Shown: positions 1 to 14,081, counted from the first letter of the stretch. The stretch: DNA of 64,000 bases from Nymphaea colorata (GCF_008831285.2 NC_045138.2:23126001-23190000); one strand, 5' to 3'. Translations and numbers: made by a program. The notes: generated by a model not told the origin, from the letters alone.

Positions 1-40
1 CACATCAGCCCTTCAATGTTTCTTTATTTTCACATTAACA

Positions 41-61
41 TATATATATATATATATATAT
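41..61. repeat. (TA)n microsatellite
   Basis: Direct dinucleotide run. Confidence 0.9.
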
Positions 62-559
62 CTACTACTCAAGCAAATGCTAGTGATTGAGCCTTTCCAG
101 TACCTAACAACGGAGTCACAGTAGAGAAACGCTGTGAGAAGAGATCTGTGGGTCAATAGCTTTTTATATTTTTTAAAAAAAATTGTGATCAATTGGTGGG
201 GTTTCGGTATTTAAAGATTAAGAGACAATTTAATAATCATTAAAGGGAAGAGGAGCAGAAAGAAGACAACAAGGAATCATCTTTCTATCATCAGTTTAAC
301 CATATTTACTGCTTAACGGGACAAAAAGAGAGATCCCTATGTGGGAGAGACCGCCAGTAGACGCTGTCCCTCGTTGATCTGTATGGTGGACAGATATCTA
401 CTGGTCTCTCATACGGTTCCAAACAAATAAGACATGATTTGAAATAATCTAGATTCACATGCACAAGTTCACACGTAGATATAAACCTGTAAGATGCATA
501 CCGGTTCTTGTCATGATACATAACTAGAGAAGAATGAAGAATGAAGATGGATAATCTCA

Positions 560-1190
560 CATTGAAGGTGAGCAGGGACTGATCCTCAAAAATTTTTCAA
601 CTATTGAAACCGCTCTGGCTCTTGAATGGGTGCGAAATAAAGAGGTGCATGGCAAAGAATTTTTGGAGTGAAGGGTCACAACCAGTGAAGCCTTCAGCAC
701 ACGTTCTCCAACAAACTTAACAATTCTCTAAATTCAATTACCTATTAGCATATGAAACTTATCCAACTTGGCAAATTCTATGTGGGGCACAAAGTGAAGG
801 GAGCCAAAAACTCTATGATATGATATGACATGGTTTAATACGGAGGAGATGGAAGTGGCCAGACTTAAAAGAGGAGAGGGTTTGGAAAGAGGAGGGCAGC
901 CGGATGCATAGTTGGGTCTGCCTCTGCAAATCGGCGATTTGTCTGAATCTCAAGGACAACCCATACCGTCCTGTGTGAGCAAGCTAATGAGGATGGTGAT
1001 CACAATGTTCCTCAAATACAGAAAAGGCAACAAAGATCCAATAAATTTTGGCACATTCAATGACTCAATCAGTTGGGCTTAGAAACAAATATCATATACT
1101 TTTTCTAAGATAAAGCATATCCCAAACGACCCTCCCTATGTTAAAAGGGTGAAGAAGACGACTAGGGCAGCGATTTGGGGAATTCTCCAC
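560..1190 (+). mobile_element. Possible degenerate L1 LINE ORF1-like remnant, interrupted by the hAT element at 1191 and probably continuing after 1841
   Basis: Stop-ridden reading such as 'IQLPISI*NLSNLANSMWG...DMTWFNTEEMEVARL' loosely resembles the plant L1 ORF1 (DUF4283) region. Weak, by-eye inference. Confidence 0.2.
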
Positions 1191-1833
1191 TAAGGCTGGG
1201 CATCGGGCCGGGCCAGGCCCATGTAATATCGGGCCTCGGGCTTCGGTTTATGCCCGAGGCCCGGCCCGATTATTAACGGGCCGGGCAGGCTGGGCCGGGC
1301 TTTGAGGCAGGTTGCTACTTGCTAGCCTCTAGCTCACTCAAAAAATGAGCACGAACATAAACCATGTGCACTTAATAGAATAACAAAAACAAGAACAACA
1401 CCAACCAGTAGAAAATAGTCCTTTAGAGGAGAAGCACTCAATGCAACTGACGATGAAGCAAGTAGAGCAGCTGTGCGATGGCGGCGACCGACGGGAGGAC
1501 CGGAGGAGGCAGCCAAGGGGCGACAACCGATGAGGAAGACTGGAGGAGGCAGTCTTGAGCTTGCGGCGATGAAATTTCTTAATGAAACGAAAAGAGGAAA
1601 AGAAAACCTAACCCATAACCCTAAGTTCCTAATTCTCTAAGTTCATTTTTTTTAAAGAAAAAAAAAAACCCATGTCAGGCTTATCGGGCCGCCACCAATC
1701 ACAGTGGCAGGCCCGGGCCGGGCCGAGCCCGATAAATTTGGCCCGAAAACCTTTTTGTCAAGGCCCGGGCTCGGGCCCATGGTGGGCCGGGTACCGGGTA
1801 CTCGGCGGCGGCCCGGCCCGGTGCCCAGCCTTA
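1191..1833. mobile_element. Non-autonomous hAT-type DNA transposon (MITE-like, 643 bp)
   Basis: TIRs TAAGGCTGGGCA (1191) and TGCCCAGCCTTA (ends 1833). Perfect 8-bp TSD TTCTCCAC at 1183-1190 and 1834-1841. GC-rich GGCCCG/CGGGCC subterminal repeats at both ends. An 8-bp TSD is characteristic of hAT. Confidence 0.92.
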
Positions 1834-3209
1834 TTCTCCACGAGCAAAGACAAAAAGTAAAAAATAAATTATGCCCTAAAACTGAAGAAGGAAAGACACG
1901 GGTAGGGCTCGATAGAGGGGGATGCAGCCTAGTTCAACGCCTTCGGTCTTTCAGAATGGGAGATGCGCCGCACTCAGAGTTTGTTGAATCAATTGTTCGT
2001 TCATTTTTTGAGTAGATAATATATTTGGCAATTCATAGCCGATTCTGTTGAATCGATGTGTTGACAATGAAATCGCTGTCGAATAGATGAATCTTAGTGA
2101 CGTTACCGTTGCATGATATGAGGTTCACACGGCAAGAAGAATTGAGATAACTGAAGGGGAAGGGAATTGGACTTGAGTTGCAGTAGTTGAAAGGGGAACT
2201 ACAGAAATTCGTACTGTTGAGATTGGAGACAACTGTAGAAGCTAGGAGAAGATCAATCCCAAGAGCAGGGAAAAGAAAGAAACCCAAGCCGTGGAAAGAC
2301 ATGGCTTGTCCCCTCAGGTAGCCACGAGAAGAAAGATTGAAAGATTTAAGCAGAGCTGCTTCACATCATAACTCGGCAGGTATGAACAAAGAAACGAGAC
2401 GGCAGGGGAAGCCCAGTCAAGTCTGTCGTTGACGTTCGTGGGGACCTTTGGAGGAAGGAGGGCCATCTGAGTCACGGCGACTTGAGAGGGAGAGACACTT
2501 CGCGTTCTGTGTAATAAATACAGGAATTGGTGTTCGGAGACACACAAGATTTTTCGGGGGCCGAATTTGGCATTATCTTTTATCCTATCATACACCTTTT
2601 CAAAGTGGGGAGCCTCCCCTTTTCACATTATTGAAGAAACCGTGTGACCGGTGATATTCAGTTTTCTAAAATTTGTGGACGCACATAAAAGACACTTTGT
2701 CTTTGTAATATTGACATAAAAAAATTACGAAAATTATTTGAGACAATTAATAATTTTTAGTTTTTCTCTAATCACATCCGTTGTCAGAAATCTAGAAAAA
2801 AAAAAAAAGAAAGATCAGAAGCTTGACCCGCAATGGCCCCACTCACTTACCAAGACTAAACTAGTTCAGACCCGAATATTGCATTACGAACACAGATAAG
2901 ATTGCTTTTCAGAAAGCTCAATTTTTCCATTTCACCTGTACACAAAGGTACTAACTAATTATATGAATGGTAACCTAACCAGTGTTGACTCCTCACCAGC
3001 TTCATGCACTATTCTGCCTTGTATTTACTTACTAATTTATGAAAAAAGCTGCAATATTAGTTAATCTCACCTCATTTGTAAATTACCACTCCATTAATAT
3101 ACTTTGTGTATTCACTTGCATCTGTGCAACAATTGGTATTATTCCTGAAGTTTTAAAGAACTTCACCAAACAGTATGCACTTGGGCTGCTTTATTACGTC
3201 ATTGCTCTT

Positions 3210-4140
3210 CTACCTTAACTTTCTGGCTCCTCCATTTGGAATGATAAATAGAGGGGTCAATGCCTTCGCCGGCCTATAAGAACAAAATATATAAGTGCGA
3301 AAAAGAAAAAAAGAAAAATCTTGAACGACAAGATTTCGTCTCAACCAGCAGTTTGCAATAGAAGGATTTGGGTCTTCTACAATCCTTCTTGTGTCTCGAG
3401 GCATCTTGGGCTGAACAAGGAATAATTCTATCACAAAGAAGTATGCTTTAGTTCTTCCTCGTCGTCCTGCTCCACGAGTTGAGCAAAACCTACTCTCACT
3501 CCCATTCTGCTTCCATAAATTTGTACATTGTTCTGCCCTTCCTTACAAATTGCAGCGTAGTATGTGAACTCCAGTTTTTTACTCTCTCGCAAGGCCTGAT
3601 GTAGCCTACTCAATTAAGAAAGTTTGTTGGATTTTTCAAACACCTACAAAAGAGGGAGCATTGGTGGGAGTAAAACAAATTCCTTTTAATGTCAAACATA
3701 TCGTTCATTATGTCAAGAAAGAATTGGTGAGGATTGCTGCTATCAAGAAAATTGGAGGAATGCAAAACTGTTATTATCACATGAACCTCCTTGCCACACA
3801 TTCTTCTTGTTATATCAAAATCAAAACTTCTCGCTGAATCCGTGGCCCAGAACAACGTCCTCCTTTTAATTTGTTGAGTTGGATGATTATTCTCACACAT
3901 CTTGGAAGCAGATATTCAGTTCCTTGATCCGAGCAATACCAAGTCCTACATCCTGCAACTTTTCCCCCCGATTACACGAACACATCAAGTGCTAACCTCA
4001 TCATTTGTGGAAGTAAACTTAATTCCCAAGTGAAACATTTGTTACTAATTCACCGATAAGAGATCAAGAGCTCTCCGATAACCATAATTGCAAAAGACCG
4101 GAAGATGGATTCGCTGACGAACTATTAGCTACGAAAGTGC
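3210..4140 (-). pseudogene. Degenerate coding fragment, possibly the C-terminal (LRR/post-LRR) part of a disease-resistance-like gene
   Basis: Three abutting minus-strand ORFs (3610-3900, 3431-3613, 3210-3434) with protein-like composition, plus upstream 'KLQDVGLGIARIKELNICFQDV' with LRR-like spacing. The family is not securely recognised. Confidence 0.25.
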
Positions 4141-4308
4141 CATGCATTAGGCAGCTGTTCGTTAAATTCGAACGTGCTTCTTCGCCACAGCCAACTTACC
4201 CAAGTGGACGCTAGCTTGAAATTGCTTGTCATACTCTTTTACTTCATCCTATGTGCATATAATTTTAATAAATTCATAACCCACTAAAGTTTTTGCAGGG
4301 ATCTATAC

Positions 4309-4311
<3 letters not shown>

Positions 4312-4346
<35 letters not shown>
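4312..4346. repeat. (TA)n microsatellite
   Basis: Direct dinucleotide run. Confidence 0.9.
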
Positions 4347-4347
<1 letters not shown>

Positions 4348-4599
4348 GTCCACTCCTACACTAAATTTCATGAATATTAAATATAAATATTCATGTTTGA
4401 ACGAAAAATGAAGGTGATCATGACAAAATTTTGAATAATTAAACTTAGACGATGAGCATTCAGCTAGGCCCTAACGGATGTTCATAGAGCAAGTCATGGT
4501 TTATATTTTTAGGACTGATTCAGGGGACAGTAATTACTATTGCCAAACAGGCTGTAAGGAGCAGCAGACAAGTCAGCAAAGAAACAACTTTGGCGCTCA

Positions 4600-7500
4600 T
4601 CATCAGAACTATTAATGTAATTAAATTTCTGTTATTCCAAAAATTTTCCATAACAGAACAATGTATTAACAAATAAGCCTTAAAAAGATGATAGCTTTTA
4701 GAAGCAAAATCAAATGTAAAAATAAGTCCAAAGTTCAGAAAATTTATGATCTGTATACAATACTTGAAAAACTTTTCAAAAGTTGAAGAATGTGCCACAC
4801 TTTTGAAACTTTTGAAAATTTAAATATTTTACTTATGAAAGCTGTGAGTTGATCAAACTTTTGAAAGTTGTGAGATAGATATAATGAAAAGCAGTTTGAA
4901 AGTATTCAAAAAAATTATTTAAAATTCATTAAATACAAAAAAAAAGTGTAATTCTTCTAAGATATGAAAAAACATGTTACGATGTTTAACAAATTTTCAA
5001 ATAGTTTAAAGAATTTCACTAGAAAACTTTTGAAAAATGTTAACTTAGAAAAGTCAAAATCAATCAAAAGTGCATGGAACTTTATGAGTTCGAAATTGTA
5101 TTTGCAAAATTTTCAAAAAGTTAATAAAGTGGTAAAGTCTTACTTGTAAGCTTAGAAAATTTTCAAATAGTGCAAAAATTTCACAAAAACATTTATAAAT
5201 GTGTTATTTATAAAATCCAAAGTTATTGCCAAAATCGCTTAAAAAGTTCAGAAACTATATGAGTTAGAAGCAATATATGAATTTTTTTCAAATATCAAAG
5301 AATGTTTCAAATTTTAAAACCTTACTAAAGTTGTGAACCATGTAAATAAAAATAGTTCGAAAGTGCTAAAAAAGTTTACATTAAAATTTGTCACGTTAGA
5401 CCAAAAGTTTGCATCTCCTATGAAAGTGAAAGAAGGGTAACAAATTTATAACACAAGAAAAAAATTGATATGATAATAGAATAAAAGTGTATATGTGAAA
5501 AATATAAATTTATAAACCTTGTGAAAATTTTGCGTTTATTAAGATAAAAAGCAATCTAAAAATGTTTACAAAAGTTTACTAGAAATTTGATAAATTCTTC
5601 AAAAAGTTTGAAGTGTTTGTATAACATGTAAAAAAAAATCATAAAATAAAAGTAATTGTTAGATTTAACAATTTTCCAAGTAGTGTGAAGAATTTTAACA
5701 TAAACTTTGATAAAATATTAGTTTAGAAAAGCTTAAACAATTACAAAACTCTCTCAAAACTGTAAAAATGTTATGGATTCGAAACCATACTAATAAAATT
5801 TTTAAAAATTAATGTGTTTGTTAAGCTTTTGGAATGTTCATGATTTTACAAAATTTACAATAGTAGTGCTTTTTGTAAATTAAAAATAGATGGAAATGCA
5901 AGAGTTTTGTAAAATTAGAAAAATTTTATCAAACTCAAATAAATTTCAATTTTCAAATAGTGCAATGCTTCAAAAATTGAACAATGTCTTAAGCTTTTGA
6001 AAATTTCAAGTTAGAATGGTTTTGAGTTTGTAAGACTTGTTAAATATGTGAATTTCATAAAATTAGAAATGGTTTGAAAAATCTACATAAAGTAACACTA
6101 GAATTGAAAGAATCTATATAAAGTAACATTTGGATGATGTTGTTCAAAAAAGTCATTTTACAAAATCAAATTTCACCAAAACTTGTTTCTTAACCAGATT
6201 TTCAAATTTTGAAGAACACACCCAAAATTACATTTTTTGTGGAAAAATGTAAGGGGACAAGAATGTTCACTTACTTTTAAGAACGACGTTTTGTGACCAT
6301 CATACAAACACAAGCTTTAAACAACATTTGCAAAATTTTTGAAAATTGAAAGATGTACTAAATTTTTGAAAATTCAAAAACTTTAACATATTGCTGCAAA
6401 ACTTGAGAGGTTTAGAAAGCATGTAAACGTTGAATTTTGTAGAACCAAAAAAGTTTGTATGTACAAATGTTTACATTGAAATATGTCAAATTAGCTACAA
6501 ATGAAGTTTGGATGGTTGTTAAACTTGTAAAAAAATGAAAGAGTTTTTAAAATAAAACACACTTATAAAGTTTTACAAAATTTTAAATAGTACAAAACTT
6601 TTCCAAAAATATAAAAGTGATAACCTTCGAAAGCCGAAACAATTGTCAAAACTTCCTCCAAGTTCAAGAATTTTAGGATTTCAAAATGTTACAAAGATTT
6701 TTAAAAATTCTGGAGTGTTGTAAAAATTTTGAAAATTTCAATATTTACTTGTGGAAGTTGTGAGCTTATAAAATATGTAAAATTTTTTAATTTAAAATAA
6801 AGTGTAGTTTGAAAGTGTTCATGAAAATTTATTTGAAATTTGTTAAATTTGCCAAAAAATTTGTAGTACCAGTGTAATGTGGAAAAGATTCATAAAAGTT
6901 CACCTAAAATTTGTCAAATTCACGTAAAAGTTTGAAATCCTTATAGAACATGGAAATAATTAAGTATGGATATGATATTTCAAATTTTTTTAAATAGTGC
7001 AGAGAATTTTCATCACAAAAAAAGTTAGCTTGCAAAACCTAAAACAATTACCTAAATCTCTCAAAAGTGCAAAAATTTTATGTATTGGACGCCATACTTC
7101 CAAAATTTTTTAAAATTAAAAAGTGTGTTAAGCTTTGGAAATTTTGAACATTTTTCTTGTAAAAGTCCAAGTCTAAAGAACTTAAGAAAGTTGTGATTTT
7201 AATATCTTAAAACAATTAGATAGTGTAAAAGTTTTATAAAACTATAAAAACTTTTATAAGTTCAAGGAAATTTCAAACGGGGCAAAGATTTCGTCAAATT
7301 TTTTTTAATAAAAGTTACCTATACAAGCCAAAAAAATGGTCAAAATCACTCAAAAACTTATATTTTATGAACTCACAACATTAATAACTTTTTTCAAATC
7401 CAAAAATCTATGAACTATTTAAAATTTCAAAACTTGTTAAAGTTGGAAGTTATGAAGCTTGTAAAGGACATGATTTTTGTAAATCAAAACAGGTTTGAAA

Positions 7501-8980
7501 GTATATAAAAAATTATCTACTAAAATTCTTCTAGTAAAACAAATTGTGTCCACTGAAAAATGTGTAGAAAATACATAGTTTTGTAGATACAAGAAAATTT
7601 TTTATACTTACAAAATTTTCAAAAATTAAAGAAAATGCTAAACTTTTGAAAATTTTAAGATTTTACTTGTAAAAGATGTGAGTTTACAAAACTTATAAAA
7701 GTAGTAAGTTTATAAAGACTAAAAGTAGTATGGAAGTGTTGAAAAAAGTTTCTTCGAAATTTATGAAAATGTTTTTAGTCTTAGTACGACATGTTAAACA
7801 TTGTGTGAAATAGAAATAATTGTTATGATGCTCATGAACATTTCAAACAGTTTAAAAAAAATTGACCAAAAACTTTGAAAAAGTGTTAGCAAAGCAAAGT
7901 AGTAACAATTGTCGAAATCTTGTTATAAAAAAAATGTTTATAAGAAATTATACTTGTAAAATTTACAAAAGCTAAAGAATGTATAAAACGTTTAAAGTTT
8001 TCAAGATTTTTTTGTTATATATCTATATTTACAAAACTCATGAAAATTGTGAGTTGTATAAATTAGAAAGAGTTTGAAAGTTTAAGAGCTTTGAAAACTA
8101 AAAAACTTTTATCATGCACAAACAAATTTCTGATAATGCAAGAGTTTTGCTAAAACTTTTAAAAATGTCTTATCATATAAATGCCAAAACAATGATCAAA
8201 ACCATAAAAAAATCAGAATTTTTTATGGAATTAACAATATTTTAAAAAATTAAAAGTCAAAGAAAGTAATAAGCTTTTGAAATTGCAAAGCATGTGAATG
8301 CTGTGAGTTTTGCAAATCAAAACTATTTAAAATTATTTAAACAATTTTTACTAAAATTTGTTAAGTTAGAGAAAAAGATGTAAGAGTTTTATAAGGGAGA
8401 AATATTTTGAAAGGACACTTGCCAAAATTTTCAAAAATTGAAGAATGTGGTAAGCTTTTGATGAATTTAAATAGTGCAAAGGCTTCACAAAACTATTTAA
8501 GAATGTGCTACCTTCTTATAAAGCTGAAACCATTGTCAAAACTGCACAAAATGTTCACAAAAAATTATGAGTTAGAAACAACATGTGAATTTTTGTTCAA
8601 AAAATAAAGAACATTTCGAGCTTTTGAAAATTTCAGAAAAGTGTAATTAAAATTTGTCAAATTCTTCAAAAAGATTGTAGTCCTTGGAGAACATATAAAA
8701 TAATTCATAAAATAGAAATTACTGTTATGATGTTTAGCAACTTTTCAAATAGTGCAAAGAATTTTAATAGAAACTTTTAGAATGTTTATCTCAGAAAATC
8801 CGAAACAATTGCCAAATTTCTCAAAAGTGAAAAAAATTAATAAGTTCAAAAATGTAAAATTTTCAAAAACTGAAAAATGTGTTAAGCCTTTGAAATTCTC
8901 ATGATTTTACTTGTAATGCCTGAGTTCACAAAACTTGAGAAAGTTGTGAATTTTGTAAATTAATCAGTTTGAATATAAGA
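4600..8980. repeat. Long, highly AT-rich degenerate repeat array
   Basis: Recurring motifs TTTTCAAA(T/A)AGTG, AAGCTTTTGAAAATTT, AAAGTTGTGAG/TGTGAATTTT and AAAACAATTG over ~4.4 kb. A-rich on the + strand. No credible ORF. Confidence 0.7.
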
Positions 8981-10779
8981 GTTTGTAGACTAGAAATCTG
9001 GGAACATGATAATCTTGAGGGTCTCCTCTCCAAAATTGTTTATGTAAATGCTAGAACAAATATCAAAGAACTCATCTTGGTGTTCATGGGCATTTTCGTC
9101 AGACAACCTATGAAACGACGGTGACGGTAACATCTGAATCAAGTGGAGTTCAACCTAAAAGTTTGTTGTAATCTCACGTCTTTTGATTGCAAGATTTATT
9201 GTTAGGATGCAGAAATAAAACTATTCTTTGAATGGGGGTCAAGAGGAGGATTTCATGCAAGGTCAACTTCAACAATACTATTCTATATGCATGGGAATCA
9301 TATAATTCGAAACCCATTATTGTAAGTGAACATAACATTTTAAAGATTTTTCTATCATGAATCAGCTAAGACCCTCCCTATATGATTATATGTAATAATT
9401 TAGTTCAATTAGCTTAATTCTATGGTGTTATTAGTCCAATATGTGTCATAGACACATGGGACCGTCTAACCAATTGTAATGCAGCTTTATGATGTGCTCA
9501 GTAACTGCCTTTTCTTGTAGTGTAATTTATTTTAATTGATGCATTAAACACCTAGTTCATGCTAATCTGGGAAGTAGCATATACCTCATCCACCTGGAGG
9601 CATGAACCAAGTGCCTCATCGCAATCAAATTAAAAGTTTAAAGGTTTCAAAAACAGTCCCCATGAAATAGAACTTTGGGGACAAATATATTTAAAATTAA
9701 CAAAAACTAACGTAATCTAGATATGAAGCAATTCAACTTCTAGACATTTGATCGCAAAATCATAAAAACAAAGCCAATTCTCCAATCACCACCCCTTATA
9801 ACAGTCAAAGCCATTGCAGATACAAAGCCCAAATTCCGATTCCATGAAAGAACACATACAGATGGGTATTAGAAAGGCTTAGGAAAGCGTGATTTTCAGC
9901 AACAGTCAGTTAACATTCATGTCGTCCACGGAAAAACTCCCCAGCATGGTAAAATAATAATGGAGGACTATGAAAATAATAGCTGGTGAAAGTTATAAAA
10001 AAGAGGGAAAATACACGACACAAACAAAGGGAATCGAATAAAAATCAGCCAACTGAATAATCGATTCATGGGTACGTGGAAGAAACTTAATGGAGCAGAA
10101 AAGATCTATTGCAACTTTAGGGAATCAAGTAGAATGATGCATCCGCAATAAAATTCATGTTGTCAAGAGACGAAACAAAATGATTCAAGATTGAAAGCGA
10201 CGAAGAAGGAATAAGAAATTGAAAGCTAAACAACACGAATAAGATGAAAAAATGAGAAAGAAGAAGAGAAGAGTTTATATAACGAGCAGTGGTTTGGATA
10301 CGGAGGGAAGAAAACGAAATGAACAATACCTAAATTCGGCATTAGGTACTTTGGTCGTCAGGCCAATGAACGCCCAAGCTCCGACGGCTGACAACCAATT
10401 TACGAGGATTAGGTATAGAGGCCGGCTTTCATTAAATGTCAAAAAAGTAGTATTACTAAGTGAATGCAAGAATTAAGAGGAGCGTTGGGATGTACCATTG
10501 AAGGGCAAAAGAATAGTGATCTTTTCCAATTACTGTTCTGATGTCGAGGGCATCCAAATGAAATTAAGAACAAATCATATATAGAATTTATGGGTCTGGC
10601 CATTCGATATGGCCGATCGTGCAGAGTGCGCCACTGATGCCAGCCATTTTCCCAATGCTGGCTTTATAAATGAGAGTCATAATTAATACCTAGAGCCCGT
10701 TTGATTTGTTGGAATTTTAATGTAGCGGTAGAACTTTAATTCAAATTTTCAAAAAAGTTCCGAATCCATAGACTTGATA

Positions 10780-13700
10780 TTGCACAAAGCAAACTACACA
10801 AAACCACCAAAGCGGTGGAACCCGATAGTAGCTTTTGGGGTGGTGAGGAATTTTCCCCAAGAGTGAAGGGTGGCTCAAAAAGAAAATAAAAATTCAAAAG
10901 CAAAAGCAAATAGGTGAAAAACTAAAAAAGAAAAAAAGAAAAAAAAGGAGGACTTGCCGATGGTCTAGGAGACGTCAAGGGCTAAGTTCTCTAAGCATCG
11001 AATGCAAAAGCTTTCACAATTACAAAATTCTTCAACCAACATTAATTCCTCTACAAAGTCTTCAATGAGATGGAGGAAAGTCTTCATATTTCAGGTCTAT
11101 GCCTAGCATTTCCCCTCGAGTGAGGATGCTTAAACATCATTTGAAAAATGGATTTTTCAATTTCAATTTGCAAAAATTTGGTGCGTAAATCTTTGCAATT
11201 AAGCAAATTCTTCAACTTGCTTAATAGCAAAGAGGGGCATCTGTTAACACCTCAAAATTTTCCACATCAAAATTGAAGCAATGTGAAAATTTCACAAAAG
11301 AATCGTGAAAATTTGTAATTTCAAAGCCAATTTCGAACTTAAACGCAATTTGGGTTCAAACCATGAATTTGACTCGTGATATGAATCCCAATGCATGACT
11401 ACGAGTCCAAATTCAATTACAAATATCTTTTGACATCCAAATTCAATTGCAAATGTTATTTGACATCCAAATTCGATTGAAAATGTCATTTGACATCCAA
11501 ATCCAATTGCAAATGTCATTTGAAATCCAAAATCCAATTGAAAAATCTAAATTTTGATTTAAATCCAAGAATTGGATCTATTCAGTCCAGAATGCTACGT
11601 AGGACCCCCCGTATAGGACCCACCTAGCCTGTGTGGTCAAAGAGCCCCCCAGGGGTCATGCCCCCCTTTAAAAAAAATAATAAATATTTTCTCCCAATTA
11701 AATGAAGAAAAGTCACTTTCAAGGAGAAATGAATGAGAAACGTAGGATAAGAGAAACATTTATGCATCCTGTCTTGTTTAACTAGGTCTTTTTTAAAGAG
11801 TTTTCAATCTTCGAAAAGCAATAACTCGGCTGGTCAAACCCACTTAATTCAAGTAGGTTTGACCCTAGTGCACCAAAATCTCAGCTAGGCTCAGTCAACA
11901 TGAGCTCAGCTTGGCAAGAAAACATAGGTTGTCTTACGATCCAAACAATGGACGAAAATAGACTTTGACCAAATCAAACCTACTTTGACTAAACTCAGTC
12001 AAAGTACAATTTAGCTCAATTAAGAGGTTTTTCTTGGCTCAAATTTATCAAATTACCTTAAACAAAGTCAAACTAGTCACGAATGAGCTTCAACTTTGGC
12101 CAATTGGTCGAAATAGATCAATCTGGACAATTTTGCCCTTCTATGGTCAAATTGAAATTACAAAGCTCAAATTGGTTTATGAAAGACAAATAAATATGTG
12201 GACTTGTCAAATGCACAAATCAAATACCAAATTAAAATTCAATTTTTCAAACGAAAGTTTGATTCAGTTTAAATCTATTTTCAATCAAATTATAGATGGA
12301 AATACCCTTTTCGAGCCAAATTTGGTAGAATTTTCAAATTTTATTCAAATTTAAATTGGATTATCATAATTCAATGGCATTATGAGCTTAATAACTAGGT
12401 TTTAGCCTAACAAACTCGATTTCAAACAAAGAAAAAAATAAATAGCACAAAATAATGTAAAACCCTCGAGGGCAATTTCGTCTGAAATTTTGATCAAAGT
12501 TGGTCAGCTAGGTCTGAACCAAGGTTGACCACACTTAGCTTAGCCCACCTAGCTCGTGCAAATTGGCTAATAATGATTAAATAGAGCCATTAAAAACTCA
12601 TTTAATCCATTTTCCACCTCCCTAAGCCTTGATTAATCTTCCAAGGCAAATTAAAGGAGGTGGTTAAACACATCTCCTCCTCTATATAAACCTCTCCTTG
12701 GCCACCAAGGGGGAGGACTAAAATTTCAAGTATTCCATCAAGTTGTTGCAGCTAAAGAGCTAGGAGAGAGAAGCCAAGAAAGAGAGGAGAGATTCGTTCA
12801 AGCCCTCTTCCTCCTTTTCTCTTATTTTCTTCTTCGTTTTCTTCTATTCTCTCCATTGATTTTGCTAAGTTAAGGTGCTTAAGTGAACCCTTAGGATTTT
12901 TGTGGTGAGAAACATTCTTTCCTACTACAAATTCTAGCAACCCTGAGTCATATCTTCCATATGCTTTAAACCACAACAAACATTATGCACTAAACCACAA
13001 CAAACATAAAAAGAAAAAGCATTATCTAAATCAACAACACACTCCTAAGGATGCCTTCAACCAACTCTACCACCAACTCTGGTTGTATCACGTACTTTGG
13101 CTTTTCTAAAAGTCGGCATTTCAAATATGTAAACTTAGACATTCTTAGGCCAATTCCTATAAAACAAAGTCTGATTTCAACAACATACATAGATCTTATG
13201 TATGGATTGCTGAAATTAAGCAAATTTTAAAATGAAATGAAAATGATCTCATAACTTGGTATTATGAAAATCAAAATGATCCGTTTTCTTAAAACCAGTT
13301 TGGAAACGTGTTCCAACCCGATTTCAAGAGAGGAAAACAATTTTTAACAAGAGATTGAGCACGTATATGTATATATAACAATGTATACATATACGTACCT
13401 CACTCTTCAAAATGAAATTTTATCATGGGACCGCATGACTCATGAATCATGATGATTCATGGCTGGGTTCTTTTACGTAGGAGAATTGAAAACTTGTTTC
13501 AAATCTCCCCTACTACCCTTGATCAATTAAGTAAAGCATGAACAAAATAACTTTAAATAGAAAGAGATAAATGAATGCTCAAGCTAGTTCCTCCTTAGTT
13601 TCGCCATGCAAAGGTGGATTACATTAATGAGAATGCATCCATCCTTAATAGGCTTGTGTTCGTCATATATATATTGCAACAAGATCACTCTCTCACTGTG

Positions 13701-14081
13701 GGATTCCCTCATGGTGGGGAGTCTATTAGTTGTTTTGGAAGGGACGTGGCTTTGGGGCCCTTTTCAAAATTTGATACATGGTTTCATCTTTAAGAAAAGA
13801 AAAACCGACGTATGATGCATTATGCATTAACATGTACATTTAATCGTAGGTTTCCCCTACCTGGACATCATTCCCAGCCATGAAACAAATAAAAATAAAC
13901 CCTCCCACGAACTGCTGGAATTAAGATGAACAAACGAAAAGCCAAAATAGATGAGAAATAGGTTTAAATCACCTACCTTGCAGTCGGTCTTGATACTTGA
14001 TCTTCGCCTTCACTTGTCTTCTAAATTGAGCAGTCCTAAGCAAGAATCCAAGCTTGGATTCGAGCTTAACAAAGCTAGAAG
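10780..14081 (+). mobile_element. Tat/Ogre-like Ty3/gypsy 3' internal region, PPT and truncated 3' LTR (distal part inverted in this copy)
   Basis: Purine tract GCAAAGAGGGGCATC immediately followed by LTR start TGTTAACAC at 11242. 30-bp tandem repeats in the LTR. TATA-like CTATATAAA at ~12683. No coding region is present. The lineage is inferred from the PPT/LTR-start pattern. Confidence 0.6.
11405..11550 (+). repeat. 30-bp tandem repeat (~5 units, TGACATCCAAATTCAATTGCAAATGTCATT) inside the LTR
   Basis: Directly visible. Paralogous array at ~30200-30345. Confidence 0.85.

Noticed and set aside
9700..10640. Possible captured gene 5' region (minus-strand donor-like sites near 9860 and 10329) and 74-aa ORF 10252-10476
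   Set aside because: No recognisable protein. The paralogous ORF at 29048 differs by frameshifts in the middle.
11405..11550. Regular 30-bp repeats as a CRISPR-like array (also 40465-40548 and 36930-37008)
   Set aside because: Head-to-tail repeats without unique spacers, no cas genes, eukaryotic context.
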